Source: Heterodontus francisci
Taxonomy: Eukaryota
Assembly (NCBI RefSeq): GCF_036365525.1
Contig: NC_090399.1
Location: 50,128,430-50,192,429 of the forward strand
Direction: 5' to 3'
Length of the DNA: 64,000 nucleotides
Position 1 is the first letter of the stretch, and every line of letters begins with the position of its first letter. Below, one piece after another: positions 50,352 through 62,530 of the stretch. Under the pieces are notes generated by a model. That model made no database searches and had not been told where the DNA came from. It saw only the letters and a program-made list of their open reading frames with translations. The translations under genes and the position numbers were made by a program.

Positions 50352-51310
50352 ACATGGGAACATAGTAGCAGGAGTAGGTCATTCAGCCTTCGAGCCTGCT
50401 CCTCCATTCTAGATCATGGCTGATCATCTACCTCAATGCCATATTCCCGCACTAATCCCATATCCCTTGATGTTATTAGGAACTAGAAATCTATCGATCT
50501 CTGTCATGAACTTACTCAGTGACTGAGTTTCCACCACAATCTGGGGCAGAGAATTCCAAAGATTCACCACCCTCTGAATGAAGAAGTTCCTGCTCAACCC
50601 AGTCCTAAATTGCTTGCCCTTTATTCTGACATTGTGCCCCTGGTTCTGGACCTCTCAGCCAGAGGAAGAATCCTTTCGGTATCTACCCTGTCGAGCCCTT
50701 TATGAATTTTGTAAGTTTCTATGAAATCGCCTCTCAGTCTTCCAAACACCAGAGAATACAGTCCCAGTCTCCTCAATCTGTCTTCATAGGACAGTCCCAC
50801 CATCCCAGGAATCTGTCTGGTGAACCTCTGCTACACTCCCTCTATGACAAGTATATCCTTGCTCGGGCAAAGGGACCAGAACTGCACACAATATTCCAGG
50901 AGCGGCCTCACCAATGTTCTATACAATTGAAGCAAGACTTCTTTACTCCTGTACTTAAATCCTCTTGTGATAAAGGCTCAATACCATTTGCCTTCCTAAT
51001 TGCTTGCTGCACCTGTGTGATAGCTTTTAGTGCATTATGAACAAGGACACCCAGGTCCCTTTGGATATCAACACTTCCCAATCTCTTACCATTTAAGAAA
51101 TACACTGCATCTCCATTCCTCCTACAAAAGTGAATAACCTCACACTTATCCACATTATATTCCATCTGCCATATTCTTGCCCACTCACTGAGAATGACCT
51201 ATTTATTCGCACTCTTTGCTTTCTGATGTGACCCAATCCTCAATCCATGCAAGTGTATTATCCCCCCATCCCATGCGATTTAATTTTGCTTACTAAACTC
51301 CTATGTGGGA
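50352..51310 (-). mobile_element. CR1 LINE 3' fragment inserted in the Harbinger transposase
   Basis: MEYNVDKCEVIHF..QRDLGVLVH; LSYEDRLRRLGLYSL..LRGD.IETYKI. Confidence 0.85.
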
Positions 51311-51466
51311 GGTGTGATCTGTACTCTAGCAAATACTGCATAGCTTCTCCAGAGTTGTCCAGGAAGTGGAAATATTGTTTAAACATCACAAGGTTCTGCT
51401 CAGTGATATTTCACATGGCAGCATGGCTGTGGTTATATGAATGCTGCCCATATGTGCCTGGGTTAC

Positions 51467-52334
51467 TGTTACAACAGGGTGAGTGATGGTGTGGCTTGTT
51501 CTCACTGTTCACCAAACAACTGACCACAGCAAGTGTCTTTGTGATGAGGGTTTTAACCCCTTGTTTTCTATTTGTCAAATAAACAGACAGTGACAGGGTT
51601 TCTTGTAGGTTTAAACAGAAGATTAAACATTTATTGAATATTCATTCCCAAAATGACTGCCACCGCACCTACGCACACATTCACTCACACACCTACTCAC
51701 AAGAATAGATAGATAGAGAGGAAAAGGGTAGGTGGCTTGAAGTGAGGTAGGTTCTCAGGGTTCACGGTAAACCTGTTGAATCTTCTCAGAGGACAGTTTC
51801 TCTTTTAAAGTTGCAGGCCTGGGTGTTTGTAGTTTACTGGTGGTTAAGACTTCAGTTTGGAGGTGGAGGTCACTTTCAGTTCTTTGCTACACCAAGATGA
51901 AATGTAGAATTTGCAGGGCTCCTTCTTTGGCTTTTGCTGGATCCCTCACAGCTCTTGGTTGGACAGGCTTTTTGTGTTGTTGTTGTGATCTATCTCTCTC
52001 TCTCTCTAGAGCTACCTTTTAAAGGTAAAAATCTCTCACATTAGCCTCTGTTAGGAGACACATGGCCCAGGATGTGACTAGTTCACGCCTTCTTTGTTTC
52101 AGAAGAACCCATTCAATTCAGCAATGTCTCTTAATTGACACATCTTAGCCTGGAATGTGTCCTTTTTGTTCTTAACAGACTGTGAGACAATTTGAATATA
52201 CAGGCAAAGTCAGCACGACCTTCGTCTGCCATTTTGCAGCACATTGACTTTTCCTTTTGAAAAGCGGACAATTTTCTTATCATGCTTTAGTTTGGTTTAG
52301 CATTTTCATCATTGCATTTCTCATGAGCATGACA
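51467..52334. mobile_element. solo LTR
   Basis: TGTTA...TGACA termini, TSD gttac/gttat; interrupts the Harbinger transposase frame. Confidence 0.7.
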
Positions 52335-53729
52335 GTTATACTATGGAGTCATGGGCCATGTTGTAAATGGATAGTCCTTGTCACAAAGTAGTCACCCTCT
52401 CCTGAGTCATGGTGGCTCAAATAATGACTGATGCAGTGTGAAGGCATCATGATTGCTGCCTGGAGGCTGGGCATTGACCTGCATGATACACTGCATATGT
52501 CAAACACCAACTGGACATGTGGAATCCATTTTGATTGCAATACATCTCAGAATTTACATGCAATGCCTGAAAAGCGACATGTGTGCAGTCAATGGCAGCC
52601 TGCACCATGGGGAAGTCTGCAATCCTGACAATGCTACATGTCCGCTCCACCTGCTTCTCTCTGTTAAGACAGAATGAAATGTATTCAACTGTCTTGGAAT
52701 TCAGAGTCTTCGTTATCTTCCTTACGCAACATGGGAGGTGAACTAGGAAATGTTGTAAATATCTCCTGCTCCAGCCTGGAAAGAGCCTGACACATAAAGA
52801 TTCATGGCCACAGCCACCTTCATAGCCACTGGCAATGCCGTCCTCCCCCTGCTCTGAGGCTGTTGTTGTCACCGCAGCAGGTGGCACATTTCAGTTGAGG
52901 ATGTCCTTACTGAAGCACAGATATCTCACATGCTGTTGCTCTCTGAGGTTCAGGTTGATCAGTTTCTCCCTTAACATGGTGGCGGATATGACCCCCTGCT
53001 GTGAGCCCTTCTCCCTCCCCTCCTCCTCCCTCTTCCAGCAGCATGTCCTGCTCTATGTTGTCTTTCCTCATTCGCCCTGTCATACTGTAGTCCAAGGCAA
53101 ATGCGTATTACTGCACCCATGTCCAGGAGCAAGTGGTTTGTGCAGATTTCTTGCAGTCAGGACAAGGTCATTCAGGACATGCCACCCAACTCACTGTTGA
53201 CTTCAGCAACTTTAAACAATTCGAGAAACCACCACAGTCTTGTAGAATCACAGTTACAGCCAGAAGCAATCAATCAGCAGCCAACCTGTAAGAAATTGAT
53301 ACTCCTTTAAGGAACACTGGTGAGGGATCCTTCCTGCTGTTGAATGTTTATTCAGCCGTGTGCAGTTAAGAGAGGACATTAGCTGGAGCAATGAGCTCTA
53401 AAACAGCGGTCCTGGCATCAAATCATGGTTACATGCAGATTGATATTATGATCTGGCTACTCAAAGTTTTCCAGGAGCCGGACATTCTGCGTACACTAAC
53501 GTCCTCAACCAAACAGCATCCTCTGATGCTCGCACCAGAAGTGGCACTGAAGGTACTGAAAAATGGGAGGCTAAGCAGCCATAATTTTCCTGCAATGACA
53601 ATGGTTTCACATCCCTCACTGGGAACTGTTAAACTGCCTCTGGCCAGACTGGAGTTATATCACAACACAGTTATAAACCACCTTTACTATAGTGATCTTC
53701 ACAAAGAGACATCACAGAAAAACTCACGA

Positions 53730-54150
53730 AGCAGGAGGAGAATAAAGAGAGGAAGTGACACGAACAGGGTGAAGAATGAGGGGAGGGAGTGACACCAACA
53801 AGATGGGAGTGAGGGGGGGGTGGGGGAGAGTGAGCCTAACAGGAGCAGGGTGAGGGGAGGGAGTCACACTAACACGAGGAGAGTGAGGGGTGGGTGTGAC
53901 ACTAAGAGAAGGAGGGAGATGGGAGGGAGTGACACTAACACGAGGAGAATGAGGAGTGGGAGTGAGACTAACAAGGGGAGAGTGAGGGGAAGGAGTGAAG
54001 CGAACAGGATGAGCTTGAGGGGAGGGACTGACATGAACAGGGAAGAATGAAGGGAGGGACAGACACTAACAGGGGGTGAATGAGGGGAAGGAGTGACATG
54101 AACAGGGGGAGTGTGAGGGGAGGGAGTGACACTAACAGGAGGAGAATTAT
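53730..54150. repeat. degenerate ~33-bp purine-rich tandem repeat
   Basis: gagtgacactaacaggaggagagtgaggggagg variants. Confidence 0.75.
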
Positions 54151-54208
54151 AGAAAGTTTAAGGCACAGCGAGAGGCCACTTGGCCCATCAAAGAGCTGAC
54201 CTGCCAGG

Positions 54209-54681
54209 TAAAGGCCTGCTCAGGTCAGGAAAAAAAAACCCCGACCTGAACCCGACAGAACCACATCGGACCCGAGCCCGACCCAGCCCGAGTCCCTCCA
54301 TTTTGTCCTGCGCCTGACCCGGCCCAAGTCCAAGCCGAGCCGACCACCGGAATGTTCACTTTAACTACTTTCCTATTCTGAATCTGCAGGAAGCTACAGC
54401 ATGAGCGTGATTGCGTCATGGTGACACTCACTGTGCAGACTCAGAGTTTCTCTCCTTGATGTCCCGGACTCACAGCTCAGATAGGCTTTTCAACGTTTGA
54501 CACTTATTAAACTCAACTTCCCAGCAGAGCAAAATGTAATACTTACTGTGTGTGTCTGACCCAGACCCGGCCCGACCCGAGCCCGAAAGCCAGACATGGA
54601 ACGGCGAGCCGACCCGACCCGATCCAAATCTGGCACATGTCGTTGGGTCCCGTCGGGTTCGGGTCAGGTAGCAGGCCTTTA
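54209..54681. mobile_element. hAT-type MITE
   Basis: 12-bp TIR taaaggcctgct/agcaggccttta, 8-bp TSD ctgccagg/cagccagg, multiple subterminal cccga motifs. Confidence 0.85.
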
Positions 54682-55892
54682 CAGCCAGGTATAGAAGCTC
54701 TGATCATGAAGTCATGGTGACAATAGTCATGTCATGGGGTTCGAGTGTCTGATGAACCAATCCTGAAGATGATCATTTCTGGATCATTTCAAGGTGAACA
54801 GCAAGAGTTATAAAGCCTGTTTAAAAACCTCTCTGAAACACTGCAAGATGGACAGCTGTAACTGGGAACAAGTTGCTCAAGATAAACAAGCGTGAAGGAA
54901 AGCCATCCCTGAGGATCCCTCCGACTGTGAGACCCATCACATTGCTGATGCTGGATGTAGACACTACTTGAGAAAGTCTCACTTAAAGAATCAGGATTCT
55001 AACCTGATGTATCCAGGATCCACTGTTCAATCTGTAGAAGGACATTCCCAGTAAAAATAACTCTCAATGATTGAAGAACAGAATGCTAACATTGAGCTAT
55101 AATTCTGTGGGTCTGCTGTGATATGGAAGGATGGACAATAATGTCCCTGTTCACACTAGTTATTCATCAATGAGGCTCTGGGAATGTGCTGCAGTGGTGA
55201 ACTGTAAATGCAGGAGGTAAGTGTTACGATCAGGTGAGGAGGGGATCACAAGACTCCCCTCTTGCTTCTCTCCTTGTTTGACCACAACAGGGTTCATTCC
55301 TTTTTAAACAGTGGATGTGCTTACGACTTCAGTTAGTGTTTAACCTTTTACCTTTGTTATGATCATAAGAGAACCAACCGGAAAGGATTTCTTGAGCTTA
55401 AACAAGAAAGAGATGAGTTTATTGTACTTTAAAAAAATCTAAACCCGATCTAAATCATGTAACACACGCACGCACGCACGCACGCACGCACACACACACG
55501 CACACACACACAGACAGACAGGGTTGGATTAGAGTCCAGAACAAATAATAATAATATACAGTCTGTGGTTGAAGTGATTTATGACTTTAACCCCTTATGG
55601 GAACTACACGAAATCAGGAGCACATCCCCCGAATCTCTTTAATCAAGTTCAAACAGGACAAATTCTCAAACATTTATTTGGGTCCTAAGAATTGCATTGG
55701 CTTTCCCTCAAAGAAAGAAAACAACTGAGAATTTTACCATCTTTCTGATAGTCTATTTCTAATATTTTTATGGCTAAGTCATAAATATCCCAGATATTAT
55801 TAGGGTCTGGGAAAGTCTCTTCAATACGTATCTCTCCACTTAAAGAGACACAGAGAGGGGGTTCTTGTAATTGTATACAGAATACTACATGA

Positions 55893-56616
55893 GACGATTC
55901 AGTAAAATGATGGAAGGTATCATCAACAGTGCCCTCAAGCGGCACTTGTTTAGCAATAACTTGCTCAGTAACCTTCAGTTTGGGTTCCGCCAGGGCCACT
56001 CAGCTCCTGACCTCATTTCAGCCTTGGTTCAAACATGGACAAAAGAGCTGAACTCAAGAGGTGAGGTGAGAGTGACTGCCCTTGACATCAAGGCAGCATT
56101 TGACCGAGTATGGCATCAAGGAGCCCTAGCAAAACTGAGGTCAATGGGAATCAGGGGGAAAACCCTCCGTTGGCAGGAGTCATACCTAGCACAAAGGAAG
56201 ATGGTTGTGGTTGTTGGAGGTCAATCATCTGAGCTCCAGGACATCACTGCAGGAGTTCCTCAGGGTAGTGCCCTAGGCTCAACCATCTTCAGCTGCTTCA
56301 TCAATGACCTTCCTTCTATCATAAGGTCAGAAGTGGGGTTGTTCGTTGATGATTGCACAATGTTCAGCACCATTCGTGACTCCTCATATACTGAAGCAGT
56401 CCGTGTAGAAATGCAGCAAGACCTGGACAATATCCAGGCTTGAGCTGATAAGTGGCACGTAACATTCGTGCCACACATGTGCCAGGCAATGACCATCTCC
56501 AACAAGAGAGAACCTAACCATCTCCCCTTGACATTCAACGGCATTACCATCGCTGAATCCCCCACTATCAACATCCTAGGGGCTACCACCGACCAGAAAT
56601 TGAACTGGAGTAGCCA
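55893..56616 (+). mobile_element. CR1-group LINE RT fragment (same family as 1071-4225)
   Basis: ORF 55871..56443: QFGFRQGHS..LDIKAAFDRVWH..GVPQGS..FVDD. Confidence 0.9.
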
Positions 56617-56940
56617 GCAGTGGTAAGCACCGCAGCCTCACAGCTCCAGGGACCCGGGTTCAATTCTGGGTACTGCCTGTGTGGAGTTTGCAAGTTCTCC
56701 CTGTGACCATGTGGGTTTTCGCCGGGTGCTCCGGTTTCCTCCCACAGCCAAAGACTTGCAGGTGATAGGTAAATTGGCCATTGTAAATTGCCCCTAGTGT
56801 AGGTAGGTGGTAGGAGAATATGGGATTACTGCAGGGTTGGTCTCAATGGGTGGTTGTTGGTCGCCACAGACTCGGTGTGCCGAAGGGCCTGTTTCAGTGC
56901 TGTATCTCTAAATAAAAATAAATAAAATAAATAAAAAATA
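56617..56940 (+). mobile_element. tRNA-derived V-SINE (HE1-like)
   Basis: gcagtggtaagcaccgcagcctcacagctccagggacccgggttcaattc, V domain, (aaata)n tail. Confidence 0.88.
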
Positions 56941-58799
56941 GATTTATTAACTTTTATATATTTATTAAAGAACTTAACATGCAACAAACTTCTTAAGTGG
57001 ATAAGTATATCACAATATCAAATATTCACACTTATATATGTGAATATAAGTAACACATATTCTTATTTCTAACAGAATCCAAAAGTTTAACCTTGCGAAT
57101 GTTACAGCAAAATTATCTTAGAATATCCAGAGTATCCATCAAAATTTAAAGTAAACTTGTACCTTAAATCTCTGAATAAGCATGGGATGAGAAGTGTTGC
57201 TGAGGATTCAACACTCCTAAGTGTTTGCTTCAAAACCTTGTATTTACACTATCTCTAAGGTGTCATATGACTTTTGCATTAGACATAACCTTCCTGTGTT
57301 CCTTTTAAAAATTCATATCTTTAATGTTTTACTGGAATTTGAAGTTGTGAGCTTTTATTTGGTCAAAATATTTCTAATTGTGTTTACCTGATCTCTCTTG
57401 TTCCTGTGCATACATTCCATTTATTGTTAATTACCCTTTCCATGGTACCCACAGCAACCTCAGGAGATGACCTGTCTGAACAACAACCCCATAAACCAAT
57501 TAAGTTTTATTGCTACCTCTTACTGAGGTCAAACAGGATATTTCAATGTGTGCTTATCTCCCAAGTTCCTGGCAGCAGCAATTTTGTTGTAACAGAGACT
57601 CCTTGTAACAGAGATTCTATTCTAACTGAGACCTTGCAATGTTTAACTCTACCATCTTAAAGGGGAACTTCAGTGAGCTCTGAAAACTAACCATTTATTC
57701 AATCTTTAACTCTAATGGCATAATACACTAATTATTTTAAAATTCTACTTAAACAAGCCTATGATACTTGTATTCCTTCACATGGTGTCTGTTAATCCAG
57801 TTGTCTTCTGGCTGAAGTTGTGATCCTGATGTCCGTGGTTGCTCGATGCTCTTGGAGACAGTGGAGCAGGTGGTCTTCTTCCCGGGGGTCTTTGTCTCGG
57901 ATCTGTTCCAACCAGCAAGCAAGCTTCGAGCGTCCCTGAGGTCGCCTGGAGAGAGAGGGGGAACGAGCGAGAGAGAGAGAGAGAGGCACCCCCTATATTC
58001 TGCACCCAGATTCTCAGCTGCGTAACCGTTTGCAGCAAAAGGCTGCCAGTTTTTCACCGATGGGGAGGTGGTCACATGATTTTCCAGCTTCCTTGTTTGC
58101 AATTTAATTAGTTTCAAGTCGAGGAATTCTCCATCTCTCTCTGGTCTCATTGTTTTACAATGGCTTTGAAGGTTTTGCCATTGGAAGTGAAGCTATTCAC
58201 TGATTCCAAATTCATGAGGCATTGTTCTAGTGGTGGTTCACTCAGACATCTGTTTTTCCTTTGAAGTGTAAGATATTTCAGTACAAATTGTGGTGGCCAT
58301 CTTGATTGCCAGTTTTTTAAAAGTGAACTGTCGGATCCCAGCTTTCCTTCTTAAAAGTTTAATACAGGTTTCCAACTGATGAATTAAAAATCCTCATTTG
58401 GCATTGCATGTTTTCCTGAGATAAGGAATGGACAGAATCAAGGCAATTAATTAAACTGGACCTGAAAAATGGGAAAGAAAGGGTTAAGCATTTCATTCTG
58501 AGACAGTTCTTCATGGATTGGTCAGGGTGTGATCGCGGGAGTTTCTACACAGCTCGATATCTGTGTTACAATGATTGTGATCACGGAACATTAATGGACA
58601 TTTATAGAGATGAATAATAATGATCCAGTTAAAGTGGCAAACTTCAATGATATATTTAAGGTGATAAAGTGTAATGGTATATTTTAACTGGTTAAGATTA
58701 ATGATTTGACTAAAGTAGTAAAAAGCAATTGTATATTTAAGGCAGTAAAGGTTAATGGTATAATTAAGGTGGATTTTTGTTCTCTGTTTATTGTCTTTC

Positions 58800-59105
58800 G
58801 GGTGAGACATTAAACAGAGGCTCTCTCTACTCTCTCAGGTTAGTGAAAAGATCCAATGACACAATTTTGAAGAAGATCTGGGGATTTCCTCCTGTGTTCA
58901 GCTCAATATTTATCCCTCAGCCAACACTTAAAACAGATGATTTATTACATTGCTGTTTGTGGGATCTTGCTGTGCACAGAATGGCAGCCACGTTTCTAAC
59001 ATTACAAACTGACTGCATTTCAACAGTATGTTGCTGGTTGTAAAACACAAAGGGGCATCCTGAGATGGTGAAAAGTGCTGCATAAAAGCAAGACTTCCTT
59101 TCTTC
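58800..59105 (+). mobile_element. Deu-domain SINE (SacSINE1-like), in the likely 3' UTR of gene B
   Basis: tgagacattaaacagagg..aaaagatcc..aatatttatccctcagccaaca..attgctgtttgtgggatcttgctgtgcaca. Confidence 0.7.
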
Positions 59106-59221
59106 ATATCTTTTTGTTGTAGGAGAAGGACAGATGTACCTGCTGGGTAGAACACTGTCTCTGATTGTAGGCTGGACACTGACTGATCAATGGACTGAAA
59201 TTAGAGAAACAGGGAGAGTGC

Positions 59222-59542
59222 GATAGGGTTAGGAGGGCAGTGAAATTATTCTGACAGGTTTTAACAGTGTCTGGGAGGGTGAGACAGGGTCAGGAGGACA
59301 GTGAAATTATTCTGACAGGTTTTAACAGTGTCTGGGAGGGTGAGACGGGGTCAGGAGGACAGTGAAATTATTCTGATAGGTTTTAACAGTGTCTGGGAGG
59401 GTGAGACGGGGTCAGGAGGACAGTGAAATTATTCTGACAGCTTTTAACAGTGTCTGGGAGGGTGAGACAGGGTCAGGAGGACAGTGAAATTATTCTGACA
59501 GGTTTTAACAGCGTCTGGGAGGGAGAGACAGGGTCAGGAGGA
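59222..59542. repeat. 61-bp tandem repeat, ~5 copies, last intron of gene B
   Basis: Unit gggtcaggaggacagtgaaattattctgacaggttttaacagtgtctgggagggtgagac(a/g). Confidence 0.9.
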
Positions 59543-59594
59543 TTGTGTTAATGTCACAAATGCATTAAAGAGTGGAATTTGAAATGTCACTTAC

Positions 59595-59630
59595 TGAATC
59601 ATGAACGAGCTGGAACAGAGACATCAGAAG
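59595..59630 (-). CDS. MHC class I gene B, second cytoplasmic exon (contains stop)
   Basis: Polypyrimidine cttttcacag acceptor; phase-1 TSDVSVPARS* (TGA 59601-59599); donor gtaagt. A further acceptor (ctaatttcag) opens a 3' exon at 59194. Confidence 0.7.
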
Positions 59631-59879
59631 CTGTGAAAAGAAAAACAGAATGTGAGAAACGTGAATAAAATATAAAAATATAGAGTGTGTGTAATCTACA
59701 TCACTCACTGAGTCCAGGATTAAATCATCTCCCAGCATGAACTAAACAGCCTCACACATGATAAATGAGCACTGAATGGATGGACTGGAGGGTGAGGGAC
59801 TGGAGGCAGAGGGATTGGGGGCTGAGGGACTGGTGGGTGAGGGACTGGAGGGTGAGGGATTGGAGGTAGGCAGTGACCT

Positions 59880-60780
59880 CCCCTGTGGAATTTGAGTAGT
59901 TGAGCCGATATTCTCCAGCGTTTATAAGAATGAGAGATGATCTCATTGAAAGATATAAAATTCTTTGAGGGTTTGACAGGGAAGATACTGAGAGACTGTT
60001 TCTCCTGACTGGAGAATCTCGAACCAGGGGACACAGTCTCAGGATAAGGGGATCAGTCATTTCAGACTGAGATGAGGAGAAATGTCTTCATTCAGAGGGT
60101 TGTGAATCTTTGGAATTCTCTATCCAGAGAGTTGTGGATACTCAGTCGATGAGGATATTCAACACTGAGATCGATAGATTCTTCAGCACGAAGGGAATCA
60201 AAGGATCTGGGAATAAAGTGGGAAAGTGGATTGGAATTGAGTTGAAGTGGAGTGTCTTGGAATCACAAAAAATTCCAGCACGGAGGGAGTCCATTCAGCC
60301 CATCCTCTTGTGCTGGCTCTTTGAAAGGGCCATCATGCTTGGTCCCATATCTCCACACATTGTCTGTAACCCTGTAAGTTCCACATCCTGATGTATCTGT
60401 CCAAATCCCTTTTCAAATTCTTCATGGAATCAGCTTCCACCAGCTTTACAGGTCGAGCGTTCCAGATCCCAACTACTCAGAGTGAAAATTAATTTATTCT
60501 CCTCTCCTCTCGAGTTCATTTCCCAATGATTGTAAATCTCTAACCTCCCCTTATTCATCACTCACCAGAGGGAATCATTTTTCTTGATCTACTCTATCAA
60601 AACCTTTCATCATCTGGAAAACTCTATGAGATGACCTCTGACCCTTCTCTGTTCCAATGGGAACAGTGCTACCTTTTCCAATCACTGCTCTTGTTGTAGA
60701 TGTTCATCCATGATCTTATTGAACAGTGGAACAACAGGCCTGAGGGACCCAGATTCCTGTTCCTATTTCTTATGTTCCTC
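59880..60780. mobile_element. old CR1 3'-end fragments (both orientations)
   Basis: RMRDDLIE.YKIL.GFDR.D.ERLF..GESRTRGHSL and CR1 3' UTR motifs. Confidence 0.7.
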
Positions 60781-61169
60781 TCCCCGAGTCAGTGACTGCA
60801 GGAGTGGAGGGGGAGAGACTGGAGATGTCCCCATTCTGGTCCCTATTTCCTGAACTGTTCCCTTCTTCCTCATTCATGAAACAAACTCTCTGATGAACAT
60901 TTCAATATTCTGCATGGTTAATCTTCAGCTTCGATTGTAAAATAATTCACAAACATGTCAAAACCATGGCTCGGAATTTCCCTGTTGTAAATTTAGCAGA
61001 AGAACAAAGGGAATTCTGTAAAAACAATTTCAAACTCTGATCCTCATCCTTCCCACTATTTGGGCATGGGATTGAGAATCCACTTCCAGAGAATTCTCAG
61101 GAGAATTTAATTCTACAACTTTAAATCCGTTCGATTTCATTCCCAACAATCTGTCTCTCATTCACTTAC

Positions 61170-61202
61170 TGTGAGCTGTTGTGTCGGTCACACTTGGTGA
61201 AT
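61170..61202 (-). CDS. MHC class I gene B, first cytoplasmic exon
   Basis: 33-bp phase 1-1 exon (typical class I exon 6 size), ttccacag/gtaagt, DSPSVTDTTAH. Confidence 0.75.
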
Positions 61203-61524
61203 CTGTGGAATCAAAATAAATGTCAGTTAGAATGGGGAATAACCCATTATCAGAGAGTGAGCAGACAACAAGTGTGAGGGAATGGAGATTGTGTAATAAG
61301 TACACACTCTGACACTCCCCTCAATCCTTACACTTTATCTTGATACTGTAGATCTCTCCCATTCCATCTATATTCAGTAGGTCAGGATGTGAGTGTCAGT
61401 GCTGGGTTTGATGATCGACATTAGACCTGGTCTGGGCCAATCACACAAAGGAAGATCAGACAGCGAACACAACGTCTTTATACGAGTGTACCTGTGTGTG
61501 GGAATTAAATCCGTTCATTCAACA

Positions 61525-61778
61525 CAGTGTCCTGTACTCCCAGTACTGGAGATTCCCTCACACTCACTCTGTCCCCTCAGTTCTACATTCCCTCTCTCTC
61601 ACTCTCCCCTCTCAGTGTCCTGTACTCCCAGTACTGGAGATTCCCTCACACTCACTCTGTCCCCTCAGTTCCACATTCCCTCTCTCTCACTCTCCCCTCT
61701 CAGTGTCCTGTACTCCCAGTACTGGAGATTCCCTCACACTCACTCTGTCCCCTCAGTTCTACATTCCCCTCACTCAGA
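61525..61778. repeat. 88-bp tandem repeat, ~2.9 copies, abutting the TM exon donor
   Basis: Units start at 61525, 61613 and 61701 (cagtgtcctgtactcccagtactggagattccctcacac...). Confidence 0.9.
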
Positions 61779-61785
61779 TTCTTAC

Positions 61786-61902
61786 CTCTCCATTTCGTTT
61801 TCCAGATGATTATTCCGATTATTCCCAATATAACCAGCGCAGCGATGACTGATCCAGTTATAATTCCAAGATATAAGTGTCCTCCATTATTTTCAGGGAT
61901 TT
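61786..61902 (-). CDS. MHC class I gene B, connecting peptide/transmembrane exon
   Basis: 117 bp phase 1-1, tttcag/gtaag: EIPENNGGHLYLGIITGSVIAALVILGIIGIIIWKTKWR. The upstream intron is homologous to the intron following gene A's alpha3 exon. Confidence 0.85.
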
Positions 61903-62530
61903 CTGAAACACATTTGAATAATATCAGGATGGTTTCTCTGTTCCTGGATCCATTCCCAGTTCTGTGTTGATTGGGGACAATTTTACCCGAACCCGCCTGT
62001 TGGGAATTGTTGGGATTGGTTGAAATGCTGGTTTTACACCCGCCTGATTTCACTCTGCAGTGAAGTCACTGAAGATTCACATTGATGGTGGTGTAAAAAC
62101 TGTTGTCCCAATCCCGTGGGTTACCTTCCCGACCAGTTCAGTTATAATGATCCCTGATGTCTCTGTGTCCGGTCCTTGTTCAATCAGTCGACAGGGTCGA
62201 TACGGAGAAACCATTTATTCTGGTGGCAGAATCTGGAGTGAGGCCATTTTGGAGTGAAATGGAGGAAGCACTTTATCACATAAAGGACAGTGGAAAATTA
62301 GGAGCTCCCTCCCCCAAAAGACGCTGGATGCTGGGGGTTAAATGACATTTTTAATACTGGGATTCAGAGGTTTGTGTTGGGGAAGGGAAGTGAGGGATAT
62401 GAAGGAATGGTGTGGAAATGAAGTTGAGGTACATGTTCTGACTGAATAATGGAATACACTCAAGGGGCCGAATGGCCTGCTCCTGTTCCTATGATCCATA
62501 CACACACACACACACACATCATATCCAGTG

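Larger units (their letters stand above)
28550..53600. mobile_element. PIF/Harbinger DNA transposon relic hosting ~24 kb of nested insertions
   Basis: Plus-strand Myb/SANT exon 1 (RFSDAALEALVQEV..WMQCRKKFNDLTQVV, 28868-29086) and exon 2 (ttgtag|DKVLHN, ~50089). Convergent minus-strand HARBI1-like transposase pieces: FPMVQAAIDCTHVA..YCNQNGFH (~52520-52620), YNHSHAA..EQ..FKQ.F..LD.SG (51340-51440), ICCMLNNL (~50330). Termini not resolved. Confidence 0.75.
55222..58421. mobile_element. solo LTR-like element with nested LINE/SINE insertions
   Basis: Starts tgttacgatcaggtgagg, ends tgaga, TSD taag; similar to 51467 and 34245. Confidence 0.55.

Noticed and set aside
4442-61902. Joining the TM/cytoplasmic exons (59595-61902) with the alpha exons into one gene
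   Set aside because: On the minus strand the TM exons lie upstream of the leader exon, so they belong to a separate paralog.
61393-61970. Three overlapping plus-strand ORFs
   Set aside because: Translations of the 88-bp tandem repeat and the antisense of the TM exon.
61950-62140. Imperfect palindrome (similar tracts at 5190-5370 and 60965-61135)
   Set aside because: Probably decayed MITE-like repeats; no clear TIR or TSD, so not supportable as a structured RNA.
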